Shown in pieces: positions 13,166-25,100 of a stretch of DNA of 64,000 nt; within the stretch, counting starts at the first letter, position 1, and the number at the start of each line of letters is the position of its first letter. This stretch comes from Enoplolaimus lenunculus (lineage: Eukaryota). Position numbers and translations under genes: made by a program. Location of the stretch: NCBI GenBank assembly GCA_030248215.1, contig JASANG010003494.1, positions 124,001 to 188,000 on the forward strand, written 5' to 3'. The notes under the pieces were generated by a model that saw only the letters and a program-made list of their open reading frames with translations, was not told the origin of the DNA and did no database searches.

Positions 13166-13911
13166 GTCGCATTTAATCAGGGACCGACCGGATATTTTGT
13201 CCTGGCTTAATATCCGGTAAAAACCGGCACACGTATCCGATTAAAGTATATATTATACCCAATGCCAGATACAGTTATGGTCCCGATTAGTGTTGTGCAC
13301 CGGCCATGAACCGACCGCCGACCAGTAATTGCTTATTACGAAAATCCTAAAGAAATTGACATCATTAATTTAATATTTTTAATCATATTTAGATTTCGAT
13401 TCTAAAACTTTTAGCTGAATTATGACATGTTGTATACTTTTAGAAACAATGTGGTAAACTGTCTTCTGTAAAAGCTTATGCAATACGACTGAACTTGTGT
13501 CCAGTTAACGTATATTTCACAACGAGATCGTTTCTTGTCAATTTTCTGAGCCCAAAAATTATTGGTATATCTTCTGGAAACGTAACAATATATACCATAA
13601 AAATACTTGAGAATTATTAAAATTTGTATGTTGGCCGGCCGGCGACCAATGACCGGCAGGTCATAGGTTCCGTTAGCCGCCGGCCGGCCGGCCAGTAGAA
13701 AAAGTGGTAACTGCACAACACACGTCCTCATTATCGGAAAACAGCTATTTGTGATTGCATTTCCGGTTAACTCAAGCAGATTAAGTTTTTCACACCGAAG
13801 TACCTAAAATCAAGAATTCTAGTTAGCAATTAATGTTAATTTACTAAATATATATTTTTGCACCACACCACTCAAATACTTACAATAGTCCACACTGCAC
13901 AATGTTAGATA

Positions 13912-14158
13912 CAGTGTAATTCCAATAAATTGATTAATCAACTCAGCTAGAGAGTTAGTTATTTGCGAGTTAAGCAGACATTAACTCCCTTTGAGTTGAG
14001 TTCATTCTAACTCTAAGTTCAGTTGATTCCGTGTAAGTTGAATAATTAATTCAGAGTGAGTTTTGTTGACTCAGAATTCTGAGTTCTAAAATTACAAACT
14101 CACATTGAGTGATTCAACTCATTCTGAGTTAAAATTAACTCACTGGGATTTACAGTAT
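13912..14158. mobile_element. CACTG-family element (same family as 2849-3258)
   Basis: Shares ATTCCAATAA..ATTAATCAACTCAGC and AACTCACTGG..TTTACAGT with the other copies. Confidence 0.7.
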
Positions 14159-14710
14159 ATATACTGCATATACGTTTAGAGTCCGGTTCCGATAAAAACT
14201 AACTTTCCGGCGCCTGCTGCATCCGGTATATTTATATCCGGTCACATCCATATTATTACATTGACGCAAACATGCGTTTATTTTGGCTACTTCAAACAGG
14301 CAGATTACTTACTGTAAATACAGTTGAACTTGAAATAATTTTAAAACCAATGGCGAATCCAGTTCCGGATGCATCCCGTTGCCAGCCAGGTTGTGTTGAA
14401 AATATTGTAATACAAATTGTTCATCTGAAGGTCACAAGTTGTTGTTCTGGAAAAATGTGTCGCGAACCAACACAGGTTTAGTAAATTTGTGCAGTTTCAA
14501 CGCAATTTGTCATCGTGAAACACTGGCACGAAACCAAAATTTTGCGCTAAGAATTAGCATCACAACTGCGTTGGGTTTCCTGCTCGTTTGGCTTGATGGG
14601 CGTTTCGACTGATGTTTACAATATTCGCAAGTTGCTGCTCGAATTAGACAGTTTTGCTCTCCTTACTGGGATTGTGTTACTGTGTGTTGACTATTAGCAA
14701 ACGTAATATA

Positions 14711-15182
14711 CACTGTAAATTCTAGTGAGTTGATGTCAACTCAGAAGTATTTGAATCCACTCACAAGTCTGAGCTCTGACTTTAATATACACTGTAAAAT
14801 TCCAGTGAGTTGATTTCAACTCAGAATGATTTGAATCCACTCACAAGTCTGAGCTCTGAATTTAATATACATTGTAAATTCCAGTGAGTTGATTTCAACT
14901 CAGAATGATTTGAATCCACTCACAAGTCTGAGCTCTGACTTTAATATACACTGTAAAATTCCAGTGAGTTGATTTCAACTCAGAATGATTTGAATCCACT
15001 CACAAGTCTGAGCTCTGAATTATGTCTTTCAGAACTCAGAATTATGAATTTATTGAACTCATTCTGAGTTAATCAACTCACCCGGAATTAACTCAAAATT
15101 ACTGTTATTAACACAGAAATAACCAGCAATAACTAATTCGTACTCTGAGTTGATTAATCAACGCATTAGAATTTATAAAGTA
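14711..15182. mobile_element. CACTG-family element with its end amplified 4x in tandem (~79-80 bp unit)
   Basis: CACTGTAAA(A)TTCCAGTGAGTTGATTTCAACTCAGAATG-like starts at 14711, 14790, 14870 and 14949. Inverted relative to 13912-14158. Confidence 0.8.
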
Positions 15183-15304
15183 CATATTAAATTTGGATGG
15201 CCCCAAAACATAGTTTTTCTCTCTACCCGTCGCACCAATGTACATTACATTTAATTTTTTCAATATTGTGATTTAAAATCTAAATTGAAATTGTCAATTT
15301 TCAG

Positions 15305-15919
15305 GCTACGATCATGTCGGTCCTTTAACGAACGGCGGCAAACTGTTCGCTGTCGGCTTTGCACTCATGGGTATTCCATTAATGTTTATTACCGCTGCGG
15401 ATATTGGCAAATTTTTGTCAGAAATAATGCTTAAATCGGTTAAAAAATTTAAACAATTCTGTCGATACATTGTAAGTCGGCAACTATTATCGCAATTGTG
15501 TCGCAGACGTAACTACGCCACAAACGCAGCGTTACTCCTCAAACGAGGCAGTCAAAACATTACAGGAGGACCAGGTGAGAGGCCAGGAAAAACAGAAAAA
15601 GATACTCGAGTACCTCCTGATCAACAACAACACGGAGGCAGCGATAAAGACAACGTTTCCACGGGTGAATTCGATGAAAACTTAGACGACGATGATGATA
15701 ATGAAATGCAAGGTCTATGGTTTCCTGTGGGTGCCTATGTGACGCTAATTTGCATATATTGTGCCCTGGGAGCGTTACTGTATACATCGTGGGAACCTGG
15801 ATGGTCATTTATACGTGCCTTTCATTTTTCGTTCAATCTAATTACAACTGTTGGCCTGGGCAATATTGTTGTTAATGATGGTGTTTATCTGGTGTTAATT
15901 GTTGCGTACGTTATAATTG
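15305..15919 (+). CDS. unc-58: K2P channel exon 3 (end of filter 1, TM2, loop, TM3, pore 2, first part of TM4)
   Basis: TTTTCAG| acceptor, phase 1. (G)YDHVGPLTNGGKLFAVGFALMGIPLMFITAADIGKFLSE...WSFIRAFHFSFNLITTVGLGN...YVII-G. Donor G|GTGAGT. Confidence 0.93.
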
Positions 15920-16849
15920 GTGAGTTTGAAACAATGGGTCTATACTGGAGTCACCGGATGAGGTGTCTATTACAAGGGTGTGTCGACGGGGGGTATTGAG
16001 AGACCGTGCCCCACCCCCCAAAATTCGGCTGGTGCCCCCTCCAAATAGACTCGGTCTAAAAGTAAACAATCTTGAATCATTTTTCGTTCAATCTAATTAC
16101 AACTGTTGGCCTGGGCAATATTGTTGTTAATGATGGTGTTTATCTGGTGTTAATTGTTGCGTACGTTATAATTGGTGAGTTTGAAACAATGGGTCTATAC
16201 TGGAGTCACCGGATGAGGTGTCTATTACAAGGGTGTCTCCACGGGGGGGGGGTATTGGGGGACCGTGCCCCACCCCCCAAAATTCGGCTGGTGCCCCCTC
16301 CAAATAGACTCGGTCTAAAAGTAAACAATCTTGAATCATTTTTCGTTCAATCTAATTACAACTGTTGGCCTGGGCAATATTGTTGTTAATGATGGTGTTT
16401 ATCTGGTGTTAATTGTTGCGTACGTTATAATTGGTGAGTTTGAAACAATGGGTCTATATTGGAGTCACCGGATGAGGTGTCTATCACAAGGGTGTCTCCA
16501 CGGGGGGGGGGGGTATTGGGGGACCGTGCCCCACCCCCCAAAATTCGGCTGGTGCCCCCTCCAAATAGACTCGGTCTAAAAGTAAACAATCTTGAATCAT
16601 TTTTCGTTCAATCTAATTACAACTGTTGGCCTGGGCAATATTGTTGTTAATGATGGTGTTTATCTGGTGTTAATTGTTGCGTACGTTATAATTGGTGAGT
16701 TTGAAACAATGGGTCTATACTGGAGTCACCGGATGAGGTGTCTATCACAAGGGTGTCTCCACGGGGGGGTATTGGGGGACCGTGCCCCACCCCCCAAAAT
16801 TCGGCTGGTGCCCCCTCCAAATAGACTCGGTCTAAAAGTAAACAATCTT
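15822..16849 (+). repeat. 4x tandem duplication (255-261 bp) of the exon 3 3' end, splice donor and intron start
   Basis: TCATTTTTCGTTCAATCTAATTACAACTGTTGGCCTGGGC starts at 15822, 16077, 16336 and 16597. Units differ mainly in G-run length plus a few substitutions. Confidence 0.95.
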
Positions 16850-17246
16850 CAATTGCAGTTATGGACCCCTCAAATTTATTCGGTGCTCCCTGAAATATAA
16901 TTTCCTACGGATGCAAACAGCTTAGCGCCCACCAAAACTCGGTCGATACCTTTGAATAGTGGCTGACAGTGCACAGATTTTGGAGGTAGGCTCCATGCCC
17001 TTCCCCCCATCATGCTTGGTGCGCTCAGTTTAAATTTTCTACGGACGTCTTTAATTTTAAACGGAAGATATCTCTCTTATTGTAATAGGAAAAAGGCCGG
17101 ATTTATTTGTTATTAGTAGTGAATCTAATTGCTCATTCCGAGATGATAATGGATCAAAAGAGCTTTTCTAAGCTGCGATCAGTTCAGTTTCAAGCATGGC
17201 TAAAGCTTATAATGCTTTACCGTGCTCAATCTTTCTGCATCGAGCA

Positions 17247-17582
17247 TAGGGTGCAAAGCGGAACTGGATTATACCGGAATCGGAATCAGAACAGCAAATG
17301 TACACCGGAATCGGAAGCGGGATCGGAACAAGAAAGTTTGTGACTATACGGATAATTTCAATTAACAAGTATATTGATTCAGGGTGCCTGTTGGCTGGCA
17401 ACCGTTTTCAAAAACGTCGCATGAACAAATTGAGAATCATTTTTTGTTCTGTGAAGCTAAACTACAATCAATTATTGATAAGTTAACAACTCATCGAAAA
17501 CAATATAATAGATAATGGAATCTGAATAAGAACTCGTTTTAAATCGGAATACTAATCGAAATCGGAATTTCGGTTTCACACT
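17247..17582. mobile_element. hAT-like MITE (AGGGTGCAAAGCGGAACTGGATTATACCGG family)
   Basis: Homologous to 58347-58682 and, reversed, to 45305-45682. AATCGG repeats in the arms. Confidence 0.7.
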
Positions 17583-17595
17583 CACACATACACAC

Positions 17596-17630
<35 letters not shown>

Positions 17631-17642
17631 TTATGTTTCAAG

Positions 17643-18187
17643 GACTCGCAATCGTAACAATGTGCGTAGATTTAGCGTCGACACATCTGAAGGCATATTT
17701 CACCAAAATTCATTACTTTGGTCGGGCGCGGTCACGATTTTTGGGTATGTCAGAAGATATTCGCGAAATGATGGCACTAATAGCAGCAATGCGAAAACGC
17801 AAAGGTGGTGGCAAAGTGACTTGGGACGACGTCCAACGGTACCTGAAACACGAACAACAACTTGCGCTTCGACCTTACACACCGCGTCATTGTCATATGT
17901 GGCGCTACATCGATGAAACTAGCTCTGCATTCTCGGGTACACTCCAACGACAAATGTCTCAACAATCAGAACTGTATTCACTTTCAAGTATGCACGCAAG
18001 TGCGCAACAACATCGGCGAACATCAAAAGCGAGTACATTGCGACAAATCAGTGAAGCGACGCCGTACAGTCAAACACTGCCATCTTTGCTCCATCCGGCA
18101 CATTACCCGCTACATCATCGCGTATCACCGCGAACGCCGTCAATCTCACAACACAATCATCCACCGAACGGTTCGATCGGATACTGA
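17643..18187 (+). CDS. unc-58: K2P channel exon 4 (end of TM4 and C-terminus)
   Basis: TTTCAAG| acceptor after a (TATG)n tract, phase 1. GLAIVTMCVDLASTHLKAYFTKIHYFGRA..FLGMSE..KVTW..IDETSS resembles the UNC-58 C-terminus as I recall it. TGA ends at 18187. Confidence 0.9.
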
Positions 18188-18291
18188 GGGCTCCGTTTTT
18201 CGAGACCCAAAGCAACAAATTTTTTACTTTTTGGCAATTTTCGCATTCGACATGGTCGTTTTGGGAGCCTTTTTTGTAGCAAAATCGACTG

Positions 18292-18707
18292 CTATACTAA
18301 TGATTAATATTCCAAGCTTGGATTTGGCGCCATTTTTCCGCAAAATCTACTAGCTATGTAGATTACTAAATGATTTGTTTTAGCGCGAACAGGCGCTGAA
18401 GTAGACTATGCTAATCATTGATATTCCAAGGTTGGATTTGGCGCCATTTTTCCACAAAATCTACTAGCTATGTAGATTACTACATGATTTGTTTTAGCAC
18501 GAACAGGCGCTGAAGTAGACTATGCTAATCATTGATATTCCAAGGTTGGGTTTGGCGCCATTTTTCCGCCAAAATCTACTAGCTATGTAGATTACTAAAT
18601 GATTTGTTTTAGCGCGAACAGGCGCTGAAGTAGACTATGCTAATCATTGATATTCCAACGTTGGATTTGGCGCCATTTGTCCGCAAAATCTACTAGCTAT
18701 GTTGATT
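18292..18707. repeat. ~114-bp tandem repeat, ~3.6 copies, in the putative channel 3' UTR
   Basis: TTGG(A/G)TTTGGCGCCATTT at 18318, 18432, 18546 and 18661. Confidence 0.93.
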
Positions 18708-18994
18708 ATACTAAAACTTAAACGATTCAGCGTGTATTTATTTATCGCTACGTTCAGCCAACGTTACAAATTAATAGTGAATTCACTGACACGGCGAAGT
18801 TGCCCAATATACAGATTGGCGTAAAAGTTGACAAAGTTATCACATTTTCAGATAACAACAGTGTTAGAATCACCAAAATAAGTCTTTATCTTTGATGTCC
18901 CAGTGAACTCGAGCAGTATGGAACCTCCTAAATCAACTCTTCCTAAACTCGATGAACGATACGCTCAATGACGATTGCGTCAAAATCTATCGTA

Positions 18995-19203
18995 CACTGG
19001 AAAAAGTGGTGAGTCAAATTGACTTCCTCCGAAATAGGCTCTACGGGACTATACAAACTGAGTCAAATTCGACTCTGCCAGAGTCAAACCTGCGACTAAG
19101 CGTGTCGAATTTGACCCTAGAGGTCTCGAATTTGACTCAGTTTATGTAGTCCCGTATAGCCTATTTCGAAGAGAGTCCATTTGACTCACCATTTTTTGCA
19201 GTG
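18995..19203. mobile_element. Near-palindromic CACTG...CAGTG MITE, TA flanks
   Basis: Homolog of 7251-7462, TA|CACTG...CAGTG|TA. Confidence 0.85.
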
Positions 19204-19555
19204 TAAACCAAACTTAAACTATACAGCGATTAGGCTTTTCAGCTAGCTGAAATCAAGCTTAGTTTTGAATAGCTCCAATAAAAATAGTATCGTAATATTT
19301 TCCGGATGAACAAATTAAAAAACGAAACGCAAGTTTAAGTATTTTAAAAATTTGAATATTTCTTAGTTAAAAATATGAGACAACCTTAAATATGACAAAA
19401 ATTACGAACGAGTAAAACAAATTGCTCCACAACTGTGGGTCCAAGGGCGTAGCCAGGAGGGGTGCAGGTATCAAACTTGTCCTTTGGGATTTTTTTTGCA
19501 GAGTCTTTAGACAGTGTTTCAGTTTCCAACATAAAAAACTACCCTTAGAAGTTTT

Positions 19556-19771
19556 GGTCCATGTACATATCAGGGGCGGAGCGTTTTTTTGTGGGACTAC
19601 GATAGAGTTAGCTTAAGCTTTAGACTAACTTTTTTGCTTCGCTTTTAGGCTTAGGCTTACGCTTAGGCTTAGGAATATGCTCATTCTTACGGTTAGGTTT
19701 AGGGTTAGGCTTAGGCTGAGGCCTAGAAATACGCTTATAACACTGTTCCGCCCCTGTTCTTTACATTGGCC
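19556..19771. mobile_element. GGCC-ended TTAGGC MITE (subfamily A), nested in a GCGTAGCCAG...CTGGCTACGC element (~19443-19820)
   Basis: Perfect 8-bp TSD GAAGTTTT. Host inverted ends are visible on both sides. Confidence 0.85.
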
Positions 19772-21104
19772 GAAGTTTTTCTAGAACGTAACTCGTCTTT
19801 CAAAAATTCTGGCTACGCTTATGCTTTGGGTAGTTCTCAAAAAATAGGTATGGACCAGACATCGGATATGTATGGAACGATGTTTACGGCGTTTAGAAGT
19901 TATTTGCTAAATAAATAAATCGTAAATATATTTGCGATGTTTCATGCAAATTATAAATTACTTCAGCTTAGAAATACATCATTTTTAACGAACCCAAAAA
20001 TGCTTAAAGTTTCTAATACTTTAGTATTTTTCAAACTTTCACTTACCCGATTTGCAGAAGTCTGCAGTAACCTAAATAAAGATTTATATTTATTTTGCCT
20101 GATATTTATTTTGCCTCTTTAAACGTTACCCCTATTATTCGGTTACGGACTGCTATTCACTTTTAATTTACTTCTCGTTTAGTTGGACCTAACGCAACGC
20201 CCCTCTTTTTATATTCTTTGTTTTGGACAGAACTAACTTGCTCCGAAGTGTTCATTACGACAAACCTAAGCCTTAGCAAAAAAAATAACTTACTCGTACG
20301 CAGAAACGGCTCGCCCCTGTTCTATACATGGGCCAACCTCTCGAACAAAGTTTAAGGCGCTGTAGGCGTTCTTGTATGGAGCAAACCTAAAATTTGGTCA
20401 AGATGATTAGTTTCTTTAACACAGTCTATATACGACACACACATATCCTCCGAGTTTAGCTATCTCTCTAGTTTTAAGACAGCGTCGCGTCACTAATCTG
20501 TGCTTGCTAAAATGCACAGCATTCACGCAATTTGCATCCGCTTATGGGAATCGCAAGCCTATCATATACTCATTATAATAATTAACTGACAGAAATTTTG
20601 AGAATGGAATTTTACCTTCGATTTCTGTCAAATTTGTTTGACATTTAAACAAACGCAGTGACAGGATATATATTCAAGGTTTTCGAAATTAAATTTAATA
20701 GAAATCATCAGGGAAGGTTATGAGAGCCAAATCGGCATTATGTTCTGATATAATTAAGACTAGAGCGGGTCCTGAAGCTTTGGATTAATACTTTTAGCAA
20801 CGTAACACTTCCTCACGTCAAATTGTACCTGATACTTGAGTGGAATTTTTTTAGACCCCCAACTAACGAAATATTACAGAATCGTATGAAAACAAAAATT
20901 AAACGATATTTTAAACATTTTCGCGTTGCAAATCTACTAATCAAAAGTCTTAAACTGCAGAAACTCTAAAATGAATCTTTGCGTTGCAAAACGGTGTTAA
21001 GTAAGTTTTTCTGTATTAAAAAACGCTATTTTAGAATCAATATAAACGATTTTTTCACAACGTCAAAAACACTTCGTATTTTTGACACAATTATTACAAT
21101 TTAT

Positions 21105-21266
21105 GGCCAATGTTACTTTGCGGGGCGTAACAGTAGATTAAGCGTATTCCTAAGCCGAAGCCTAAGCCTAAGCCTAAACCTAAACAAAAAATTGTAATCG
21201 AGAATCTAAACCTACTCTTTTATAGGCCCACCAGAAACCTGGACGCCCCTTACAGTAACATGGGCC
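21105..21266. mobile_element. GGCC-ended GCCTAA MITE (subfamily B)
   Basis: Perfect 8-bp TSD CAATTTAT. Confidence 0.9.
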
Positions 21267-21921
21267 CAATTTATCATCGTTCTAAGAATACTGAAGTATG
21301 TCTATATACGTAAACCTGTTAAATCCTTCCCTGTCCATTTCCGACCTCGACCGTTTGAAGCGTCCTTCAATTTCAAGCCATATACCAGTCCCCGTTTGCT
21401 CGCATGCAATCTCGCACGCAACTTCCAGGGTCTTATCTTCGGATCAGTAAACAAATCAAACGTTCCAGCTCATTAGAAAGCGAACGCGTGTGTGACACAA
21501 AGTACTGGGACGTGATACCGCCCATATAAAACAAAAACCCATTATAACTATTGCTACGACCCACAGCCTGGCATAAATGCGAAGCTTCCACTACAACTTT
21601 TTGCCTCCTATACGTTGTTAATATTCCAAGCGTAACGGCGACAGTAAGAAAATAATGCTTGATATTTGTTTTTATAGGCAATTTAAAAACAATATTAACA
21701 GAACGATTATAACACCGGGAGGATACCGTGGTCAGGGTGCAACCGGAGGTGAAAAATACCGGAGCCGGAGGCAGACCTCCGGTTGTACCCTGTTGGATAT
21801 ATCCTTCTGAAACTTCTGAAGAAACGAAAATACATGCACTAATACCGGTTTTAAGAACTTGCTGAATCCTACAGTGTAAATTTTTTTCCGCTGGAATACT
21901 ATGAATGCCCTCGAAAGTTTT

Positions 21922-22112
21922 AGCCCATGTAAAAACAGAGGCGGAACAGTATTATAAGCATATTCTTAAGCGTCAGCCTAAGCCTAAGCCTAAGCATGAG
22001 CATATTCCTATTCCTAAGCCTATAAGCCTAAGCCTAAGCCAAGCAAAAAAATGAGTCTAAAGCTTAAGCTTACTCTATTGCAGTCCCACAGAAAAACGTT
22101 CTGCCCCTGATC
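21922..22112. mobile_element. GCCTAA MITE (subfamily A), one end truncated
   Basis: AGCCCATGTAAAAACAGAGGCGGAACAGT start, (GCCTAA)n, GTTCTGCCCCTGATCT end. Confidence 0.75.
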
Positions 22113-25100
22113 TAGTACTGAAATGAAGCCTTGGTTATTACGTCTTAGATTAATCAAACGGTCATAAAGATAGAGTGAAATGAAACCAGAGCACTGGTTT
22201 GCATGATGTAATACGGAAAGTAAAAATAACAGAAACGGACAGTGATCAAAATAACGGAAACGGAACTCAGATATTGAAGTATAAATGTTTCAAAGATGTT
22301 CCATTTTTCTGACAACAGAATTGAGGCATGCAAATATTTGCCGGGCTTTCTGAAACTTTAGGGAAACAATGGCTGCTTTTGAATAAATTTCGTAATTTTT
22401 ATTTCATTCAGGATATCTGTAATAAAAAATTGCGAGATATATACGTTGTTTATTAACTTAAACGTAAAACTATCAAAGGTTTGTGGTATTTCTTAAAATG
22501 ATGTTTAATTTGCTAATTATAGCAAATATCTGTAAGGTGTTGTTTAAATCATATGATATATTTTCAAATGTCTGCATACTTGAGGTAACATACCCAAATT
22601 GTCCTGTTGAATATCATGATACTAGAATTTAAAATTTGAACTTTTGAATTATGACAGTGTTTTTATAAGCGATTTTGTGTCGGAAATGGATTTGCAGACG
22701 TATATTTGCTATTTAAGGCATACTTGTGGCGCTACCGTCCAAGTTTTCATTCATTTATTGTACCCATACCCAAAGGTTACACCGTCCCGCTTAATATCAT
22801 ATGATATTCGTTGAAATTTGGAATATCATGATATTCGCATAAATGTCCTACAGTATCACGTGACGTACCGTCCCTTGTACACATTGATCATCTGAGAGCG
22901 GTGGTTTGTAAGCTAATGTCATATGACATTCGAATTTTGTCTGCTGACCCGATATAAGAGCCCGAATTTTAACGTTGACGTCGAATCAACATGGGACAAT
23001 ATAACGTGAACCTCACATGACAACATATTGCACATATTGGCTAAAATTAACTAATAAACCATCATTTTTATAACCTAATTTTGCCTCACCTCCGGTAAGT
23101 TTTGGCGACTTCCGGCTCCGGTATTGGTTACCTTGCACCGTGAGCCCTGGCGATGCGTTGCTCGGTAAGGGTGGAACTACATGTAAAAATCTAACCGGGC
23201 CGAAACTTTTACTTAGCCAATTTTGTACGAACCGGCATAGGTCAAACAAATCAAAATTAGTTCACTACGACCGTATATTTCAATAGTCTGCTGTTAATGT
23301 TTTTCTCTTTCGGTTTTCTTGTATACTTGCTTTGATCGATATGCTCAATCAATAAACATACACAAAACACCAAAAAATTTAATTAACTCATCTGCTCTGA
23401 ATAAATCCACAATTACAACACGAAGACAATAAACGCAACGAACACAACACAATATTCTTCCTAAACTGATTTTACATTTAATATGAACACATTTACGTTT
23501 AATAATAACGGCAATATAACTCAAGAACCGCGTACTGCGTATATAGGTTTCTTCAAGCCACCCACATTCCATATTTTTGAAACTCATCAACTTTTGCGAC
23601 AGCACCGAGACAAGAAAATAAAAAACCAATTTAAAAATGCATATACTTGCAATTCAAAATTTGACATTAACGCAGTGACCCGATTCAAAAACGGAAAGTT
23701 GCACTTATTTCGGTTCTCCAGAAAGTACCCGACTCGCTATTAAATTAAAATTTAAATCACAGGACACAAACGTTAGAAGTTACTGGATCGAATAATCAAC
23801 ATTCTAGAATAATTTTGAGCCAACAAACCGAAAATTGACTTAATTTTATGCAATCCTAAAACAATATTAATACAATGACCTTAAGCTAACCAATCAAATC
23901 TACTTAAATCAAATATACTAAGAATCGGTAATATATAAAAGACCATTTCTGCAAAAATCGAAGGCAACGTGCAGTAGCGGTAATCTCAAACATATTAAGT
24001 TTCTGACCTCATTAAGCAGCCACTTGAAATATTTTGCAATGGGAACGTCCAAATAAACCAAAGCTACCAAAGAAAATGGTGCAAAAAAATGCAAAATAAC
24101 AACTTTAACAATAGCAACTAAGTGAGATATATAATAGTAATAATGCGTCTTAGTGCAACATATAATATATATACACTATGTACCGATAATTTTATATAGA
24201 TTTAATTACGTACGTATATATACATAGAAGAATAGCATATCTTTCACGAAGGGCTACAAAAACGAATCAATCCAGGTCTGGTCTTCAACGACAGCTCACA
24301 TTCAACATTTACAAACCAATTCCTAGTTTCAACAACTCATTTAAATCACAAATTTTTACCAACTTCAGTTCGAGATATTTCAACGTAAGCTTTATTAACC
24401 AAATGACTTTATTCAAATATCAAAAACAACGTTTTAAACAGCAGAATATAACAATTGTAGAATGTTTAATTCTTAAAACGCGAACATATTCCTACAGCAC
24501 TTGAATTCAAGCAAAAACTGAATTCAAGCAAAAACGGCTATAAAGATACAGCCGTATATTTTCAAACAGTTCCGTTTTGATCATTTTGGGGAAATGCCGC
24601 ATTTGGACACGGCTCAGCTGCCTTTTCTATTTTTATATGTGAAATATTTTGTAAACAAAATTGATTTGCCAAATTTTCAAATTTTTCAAAACCAAACCTG
24701 TGTCTAACGGCTATCGACTATTAGTTGTTCGTAAGTCCATTCCCATTTCGTGTTATGTTAACAAAAATAAAAATAAAATATATATATATTTTTAAGCCAG
24801 ATATAATATAATATATGATTTTTATATATAACATTAAACAACGGATAACGATAAGATGCTCTATTTCTACCACAGAAAGCACAAAACATTCATTAACAAG
24901 CACACGGACAAGCTAATAAAACAACTACAGCGCGCATAGGTACATGCTTAATTCTGCGCGGTACCTATACCATCAGTTAGCAATACCCCTCGCATCATTC
25001 AAACCATCAAATATAAACTCCAAATAGGTGCTGCTCACGTTCTTAAATACCGAAACGTTTACCGATATATTGAAAGTTGAACGAGTCCCGTCAGGAAAGT

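Noticed and set aside
16072..16900. Three small channel-like ORFs as separate genes or mutually exclusive exons
   Set aside because: They are partial tandem copies with non-ATG starts, and I found no in-frame splice acceptor.
2905..22045. TTAGGC tracts as a true telomere or chromosome fusion site
   Set aside because: The tracts are short, degenerate, in both orientations and mostly enclosed by TIRs and TSDs.
3770..23000. Similar sequence at ~3770-3990 and, reversed, ~22760-23000
   Set aside because: Looks like a diverged dispersed repeat. I could not define ends or TSDs, so it is not listed as a feature.
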